Virus record (IMG/VR): IMGVR_UViG_3300028844_005666
Origin: an uncultured virus (IMG/VR IMGVR_UViG_3300028844_005666)
Taxonomy: Duplodnaviria; Heunggongvirae; Uroviricota; Caudoviricetes
Length of the DNA stretch: 64,000 nucleotides
Strand: one strand, 5' to 3'
Within the stretch, counting starts at the first letter, position 1; every line of letters starts with the position of its first letter. The notes below the pieces were generated by a model. It had not been told where the DNA came from. It saw nothing but the letters and a program-made list of their open reading frames with translations, and searched no databases. This document shows positions 59,277 to 64,000 of this stretch, in pieces. A program made the translations under genes and the position numbers.

Positions 59277-60933
59277 CTGGTCCCTCCCCGAAGTTATTTG
59301 TACTTTCATACGGTTTAATTTTTACTTGAGTTTCGTTTTTAGTCTGAATTGAGTTATCAATATTATTATTTTGTGTGGTCTGTCCACTTTGCATTCTCTG
59401 TTGATCTTTTAATATTTGATTCTTCTGAGCATCAGTTAAGTTATCAGGAGATGCTTCATTACCGTCACCTATTTGATTTTTAGAACCTAGAATATATTTG
59501 TTAAGAAAACTCTTACCGCCCTCTGTATTCTTAGCTAGATCGTAAGCTGTATAACCTAGATCAGCAACCATTGCTGCAGTCATTAACCAACCTACACCAG
59601 GTACAAATAATCCAGCAGCTCCCATTGCTGCTTTTCTTAATATAGATTTACCAGCAACTTGTGCTGCTTTACTTGTTAAATTTTTACTTGCATTAGGAGT
59701 TAACTTTTTAGCTGCGTCTAATGCTGGATTAGTAGGTTTAGGTACATTCAGTCCTTTAGGTGCTGCTTTATTAGCATTGTAAGTTTGACCACCGACTTTT
59801 TTACCATCAATTGTAGTGCCGGCAGGATATTGTTTAATGTTTGGTTTTGGTTTTGTATTTACATTTGGTTTAGGATTAGACTTAGTTAATTTAGTGCTTA
59901 AGTCTTTACCTCTTTTCATAAACTTACCTAAAAGAAGACCTACTGCTCCTACCATACCTAATACTTTAAGTAAAGGCAAAGCTAAAAAAGCAACTAAAAT
60001 AGCTGATAAAATAGGAAACTCTTTTACAAAAGCTTTTATCTTACCTAATATACCATCAGCTTCAAATACTTTTTTTATACTTTTAAAAGTTCTTTCAAAA
60101 AAATCACCAATACCAGTAAAGAAATTCTTAATTTTTATAGCTAAAGCTTTTTGTTCTTCTTCGTCATAACCTAAAATGTTACCAATAACTCTAGTAAGAC
60201 CTGATATAAGTATCTCTCCAAATGAAGCATTTTCACCAAACCATTCAGAAGCTTTTTTTAATCCTTCTAAAAATGATATAGCTGCAAAAGCTGCAGCGCC
60301 TCCTAGAATAGCAGTTTTAAAAGTGTCTTGTATACCTTTAAGTGCTTTAGTAATACCTGTTAAGTCACCAATTTTAGAAAATGTTTTTTGAATACCTAAG
60401 CTAGTCTTTTTTAAAGTTTCAAATACTGCATCTCTTTTCTTCTGTCTTTGAGCTGTATCACCAGCAGTATCGCCAGTAGGAGATGCTTTTAACTTTGCAG
60501 TTTGTGCTTGTAAATCTTTTTTAGTAATATCAGCTTCTTTACTAGCTGCATCAGCAGATAAAAATCTACCCTTATCATCTCTAGGATCAGGAGACTGTAA
60601 TCTCTCAAGTTTTTCAGATAACTTTTTAACAGTATCAGCTAACTTGTCTCTTGTTTCTTTTTGTGCAGCTAACTTTTCAGGGGAAGCAGCTCTGTTGAGA
60701 GCTTTATCAAAGGCAACTGCCATACCTTTGAAAGTAGCATTCATAGTTATATTAAAACCTTTACCTAATGCAGTCGACGCATTACCTGCTAGTTTATCAA
60801 AAGAAGGTTTAGATGACCCACTCCTTCTTTTTTCAGCAGTTTCGTTAGTATCTTTTTTAGAGTTTTGATAATTCTGCTCTTTAAGTATTCTAACTATTTC
60901 TTGTAAGGACTGTGCTTCGGTTTTATCTGCCAC
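59254..60933 (-). CDS. Putative tape-measure-like protein
   Basis: Ala/Lys-rich helical protein with hydrophobic segments, directly after gp26/gp51; GTG start. Confidence 0.5.
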   Translation of the reverse strand: MADKTEAQSLQEIVRILKEQNYQNSKKDTNETAEKRRSGSSKPSFDKLAGNASTALGKGFNITMNATFKGMAVAFDKALNRAASPEKLAAQKETRDKLADTVKKLSEKLERLQSPDPRDDKGRFLSADAASKEADITKKDLQAQTAKLKASPTGDTAGDTAQRQKKRDAVFETLKKTSLGIQKTFSKIGDLTGITKALKGIQDTFKTAILGGAAAFAAISFLEGLKKASEWFGENASFGEILISGLTRVIGNILGYDEEEQKALAIKIKNFFTGIGDFFERTFKSIKKVFEADGILGKIKAFVKEFPILSAILVAFLALPLLKVLGMVGAVGLLLGKFMKRGKDLSTKLTKSNPKPNVNTKPKPNIKQYPAGTTIDGKKVGGQTYNANKAAPKGLNVPKPTNPALDAAKKLTPNASKNLTSKAAQVAGKSILRKAAMGAAGLFVPGVGWLMTAAMVADLGYTAYDLAKNTEGGKSFLNKYILGSKNQIGDGNEASPDNLTDAQKNQILKDQQRMQSGQTTQNNNIDNSIQTKNETQVKIKPYESTNNFGEGPDGFSAIP

Positions 60934-61084
60934 TTTGCTTTGCTTCCCTCTCTAAGCGTTGGTTCTCTTCTTTAACGTGCGTTTCTAACATATGAAAGTA
61001 TACATCCCTCTCCCACGGTAACATCATTTCTATCTCTTCAAATGACCATTTATGAAACTGTACACACGCAAAAACATTTTTCAT
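60923..61084 (-). CDS. gp51: Baseplate hub assembly catalyst (not in ORF track)
   Basis: MKNVFACVQFHKWSFEEIEMMLPWERDVYFHMLETHVKEENQR... Confidence 0.85.
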   Translation of the reverse strand: MKNVFACVQFHKWSFEEIEMMLPWERDVYFHMLETHVKEENQRLEREAKQSGR

Positions 61085-61116
61085 AAATGTTACCAAGTTG
61101 ATGTGGGCGAGGTTAA

Positions 61117-61821
61117 CTAAAAAAAACTTTGCATACCCGTCAAACTCTCTTTATTTATATGCTTACAGTGAGTACATTCAAATTCATAATCAATATGAGC
61201 TTTTGGTATTGACTCATAATAATTATTCAAAGTTACGAATTGATCAGAGTTTAATTGATTTAAAAGGTCTCTTAAATCATCCTTATCAGTTTCTGTAACA
61301 TCAATAATTTCACCGTTATTTTGAATTTGAGCAATAGTGTTAGTGAATATCTCAATAACATTATCAACTTCGCTTCTTTCTTCTTTAAAAGAATGTAGCA
61401 TATCAATTTTAGGAGGATGCATAACAAAAACTAATTCATCACTTATAACAATTTCAGGTTTGAACTCTTCGTTTTCTTGAACATACACAGTATCAAGTTG
61501 TATCTCTATTTGATTGTCACCTTCACATTTATTACATTTTATCGTAACATTAACTGATTCACCAACTGATTTAGATCTTATCTTAGTAAAAAGATACTCA
61601 ATATCATAAAAAGTTAAATTTTCAGCATCTAAACCTGTACATGAACTAATAATATTTTTCATAGCTGTAGCCATTTGAACTGAGTCTTTTGATTCAGCTG
61701 CAACAAGAAGTATTTTTTCTTCAGCTACTCTAAAAGGTCTATATGTAAATTTTTCTTTAGATGAAGGAACTACATCGCTGTACTCTGGCTGAGCAAGCTT
61801 AATATTTTTTATCGCGCCCAT
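61117..61821 (-). CDS. gp26: Baseplate hub subunit/chaperone
   Basis: YRPFRVAEEKILL, DIEYLF.KIRSKSVGE, CxxC x2, GMQSFF end. Confidence 0.92.
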   Translation of the reverse strand: MGAIKNIKLAQPEYSDVVPSSKEKFTYRPFRVAEEKILLVAAESKDSVQMATAMKNIISSCTGLDAENLTFYDIEYLFTKIRSKSVGESVNVTIKCNKCEGDNQIEIQLDTVYVQENEEFKPEIVISDELVFVMHPPKIDMLHSFKEERSEVDNVIEIFTNTIAQIQNNGEIIDVTETDKDDLRDLLNQLNSDQFVTLNNYYESIPKAHIDYEFECTHCKHINKESLTGMQSFF

Positions 61822-61828
61822 TTTTTCC

Positions 61829-62392
61829 TCATATTATATTTGTATAGTTTTTTATGAACTCTTTAAATTCATAACCATCTATATATACTCCAGTCTTAGA
61901 TGTCTTAAGATAAGTAATATCTAAGGGAGTTAAATCATACAAAACCTTTTTAATATCAAGACTACTAGCAGTACTATCGCTATCAGTATAAATTCTTGTT
62001 ATCGATTTAGATAATGTATCTATTTCATCACTATCAGTAAAGTCTTCTTTAAAGTAATGATGTTCTGTTTCAAAAGCTATATTATCACATTTAATAATAT
62101 TTTCATGCTCGTCTTCTGAATCTCTTATTTTAGTCTTTAATGAACCAACAGTAAGTTCTAATATTTTACCAAATGTATATTGAATTACAATATTTGATTG
62201 AATATGAATATTTTTTAAATCACTATTATTACCTACTATTTCTAAGATATAATCAGCAATAGTTTCTTTATCTAACTTAATAACAGTTAAAAACTTTTTA
62301 TATTCTGAATAAGACATTCCTGTAATCCATATTTGATCAACATATGGAGATCTATGTATATCTACAGGAGTTCTCTTATAATTAATTTCCAT
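61829..62392 (-). CDS. Hypothetical protein
   Basis: Likely start MEINYKR at 62392; 2 DSD and 1 DSE. Confidence 0.55.
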   Translation of the reverse strand: MEINYKRTPVDIHRSPYVDQIWITGMSYSEYKKFLTVIKLDKETIADYILEIVGNNSDLKNIHIQSNIVIQYTFGKILELTVGSLKTKIRDSEDEHENIIKCDNIAFETEHHYFKEDFTDSDEIDTLSKSITRIYTDSDSTASSLDIKKVLYDLTPLDITYLKTSKTGVYIDGYEFKEFIKNYTNII

Positions 62393-62858
62393 CTTTAAAC
62401 GCCTTATCAATTTTCTCTTGATTCTCTCTAATCTTTTCTGCATTAGATTGAATAACAGCATCTTGAGATGCTTGAGAAGCTGCAATTAATTCTTTTATTC
62501 TTTTACCTTTAGTTGCATCACTATCTAGGTGTAAGTCTTTATTAATAATCTTTTCTATTTTTTGAGTAGCTAATCTGTCATTCGCAATATATCTCCAGGT
62601 ATAACCCTTTTCAGTATATACACCGAATACAGTTTGTGATAAACCTATCTTAACAATTATAGCATCTTTACCATCTAGAATTATATGATCGCCCTCATTG
62701 AACGATTGATTACTTTTGAACGCCCAACCTTTGGCAGCGTTCGTAGCGAAGTCTTTTAGCCATATCGCTATTATCACTGATGTGATAATACCTATCCATG
62801 GTAGTATAAAAGCAGTAATCTCTAGACTCATTGAGCTTATATTTCCAATATTGTCCAT
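62382..62858 (-). CDS. MscS-like small membrane protein
   Basis: TM helix, then FNEGDHIILDG..AIIVKIG. Confidence 0.55.
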   Translation of the reverse strand: MDNIGNISSMSLEITAFILPWIGIITSVIIAIWLKDFATNAAKGWAFKSNQSFNEGDHIILDGKDAIIVKIGLSQTVFGVYTEKGYTWRYIANDRLATQKIEKIINKDLHLDSDATKGKRIKELIAASQASQDAVIQSNAEKIRENQEKIDKAFKDGN

Positions 62859-62912
62859 GTCTTTTCTTTCTGTCTCTGTAGTTAGTTGTCGCTGTTACTG
62901 GTGTAACTCTCA

Positions 62913-63647
62913 TTATAAAGTCCTTGTATATTTTCTAAAATTAAAACTAATTGATATTCTTTGAACGTCACTATTGTTATAGTCGTAAGTAAGGTTTCCG
63001 ATATTAGTAACATAAGCTTCTTCAAATCTATATTCAGCCATTTTTTTAGTTAATCCATAATCCCATTGTTGTACTTCTACTCTTCCTGTATATTCTTTGT
63101 AATAACCAACACCTTTAGTTTCAGGATCAAATACCATATTTTGCCATTCTTCAAAAAATCTTCTCTCTCTTAAATCTTCAGCACAATAATATTGTAATGT
63201 TAATTGAGGATGTACATGATTAAAACCAATCTGTCTTCTTTCTCCATAATGTTTATGCTCAAAAGCTTCAACGTCTCTAGATGGAATCTCTGCACCCATA
63301 CAAAATAAAGATAATTGTTCTCCTCTACCTATAAGATTTTGAAATATAAATCCTGAAATAGGTCTTCCTAATTTATTTGCAAATTTAGCTACTGATTGAT
63401 TCGATATAAGATTTCTAATAGGCTGTGCAACATCAATATTAAGTCCTGGTGTACCAGTAAAAATACCAGGAATGTTTAAAGTAGAACTCCTACCACCAAA
63501 TAAAGCTCCAATAAGCCCTCTTCCTTGACTAGTTTTTGCGTTAGGTAAATATACATTTGCTATAAATTTATTACCTCTTGCTACTCCCGTGTCGTTAAAA
63601 ATAGACGTTTTCATTAATTGTAAGCTCATGTACGTGCCTTTCTCCAA
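62913..63647 (-). CDS. gp54: Baseplate tail-tube initiator (gp54/gp19 family)
   Basis: C..AEIPSR, ERRFFEEWQ..V, YYKEY, EAY...I...YD. Confidence 0.75.
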   Translation of the reverse strand: MEKGTYMSLQLMKTSIFNDTGVARGNKFIANVYLPNAKTSQGRGLIGALFGGRSSTLNIPGIFTGTPGLNIDVAQPIRNLISNQSVAKFANKLGRPISGFIFQNLIGRGEQLSLFCMGAEIPSRDVEAFEHKHYGERRQIGFNHVHPQLTLQYYCAEDLRERRFFEEWQNMVFDPETKGVGYYKEYTGRVEVQQWDYGLTKKMAEYRFEEAYVTNIGNLTYDYNNSDVQRISISFNFRKYTRTL

Positions 63648-64000
63648 ACCTGTTGTACCGTCGACTTTTCAAAAGCTTCGAAAGGTAACTGTATTACAAT
63701 TTCCCATTCTTGTCTAGGTATAACTGACATTTGGCTAACCATTTGACTACTCAAATATCTTTTACATGCATGTTGTAAATATTGACTCTGTTGTAATTTT
63801 CTAGCAATTTTATCTAATGCTACTCTTCTTGTCCAACCAACTTCAATTAATATATCTGCTCTTATTTTTGGAGGTAAATAATGCATGTTAATTCCATACC
63901 ACCCATCTCTAGTTCTTTCTAATAATATAATTAAAGGTTGAGTATCATAATATGGTAATCTTTTTTTCCATTTAGGGTCATATTGATACATGACCATACT
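63626..64000 (-). CDS. gp2: DNA end protector, C-terminal part (start outside window)
   Basis: YDPK.K..LPYYD..PL, GINMHYLPP..R, CKRYL, LPFE.F. Confidence 0.9.
   Translation of the reverse strand, partial: SMVMYQYDPKWKKRLPYYDTQPLIILLERTRDGWYGINMHYLPPKIRADILIEVGWTRRVALDKIARKLQQSQYLQHACKRYLSSQMVSQMSVIPRQEWEIVIQLPFEAFEKSTVQQVWRKART

Noticed and set aside
62710..62913. 67-aa ORF coupled to the gp54 stop
   Set aside because: Overlaps the MscS-like gene by ~150 nt and has no recognisable motif; cannot be supported, though not excluded
462..62964. Short antisense or overlapping ORFs in the track (e.g. 462, 2058, 4524, 12096, 34688, 52172, 53675, 59816)
   Set aside because: Shadow ORFs opposite or within well-supported genes, with no motifs
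1..64000. tRNA/rRNA genes, integrase, transposase, reverse transcriptase/DGR, or stop-codon reassignment
   Set aside because: None recognised by eye; intergenic gaps are short and genes are full length in the standard code

Overview
AT-rich segment of a large T4-like myophage; the gene set resembles marine T4-like phages, but the host cannot be determined from this window. It holds the virion morphogenesis region, mostly on the minus strand: gp2 (partial), gp54, gp26/gp51, a putative tape measure, gp4, gp48, gp53, hub, gp5, a lysis cassette, gp25, gp6, gp7, gp8, a split VrlC-like protein, gp14, gp15, fibre-like proteins and terminase gp16/gp17. A ~20 kb tailoring-enzyme island lies between gp15 and gp16. 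It encodes 8 radical SAM enzymes, 5 2OG-Fe(II)/AspH/TauD oxygenases, 3 glycosyltransferase-like proteins, a kinase and a pseudo-kinase, a methyltransferase, a GNAT, a QueC-like ATPase, an Fe-S assembly factor and a desaturase. The strongest unexplained signal is an Asp-Ser-Asp (DSD/DSE) tripeptide. By hand count it occurs about 89 times, almost all in virion proteins, is encoded by mixed codons, and was not found in the island enzymes or terminase. I infer, without proof, a sequon-directed system for post-translational modification of the virion. Other signals absent from the ORF track: a likely -1 frameshift fusing gp26 to gp51, a 43-aa 9-Cys peptide, and five late promoters placed exactly 4 nt before an ATG.
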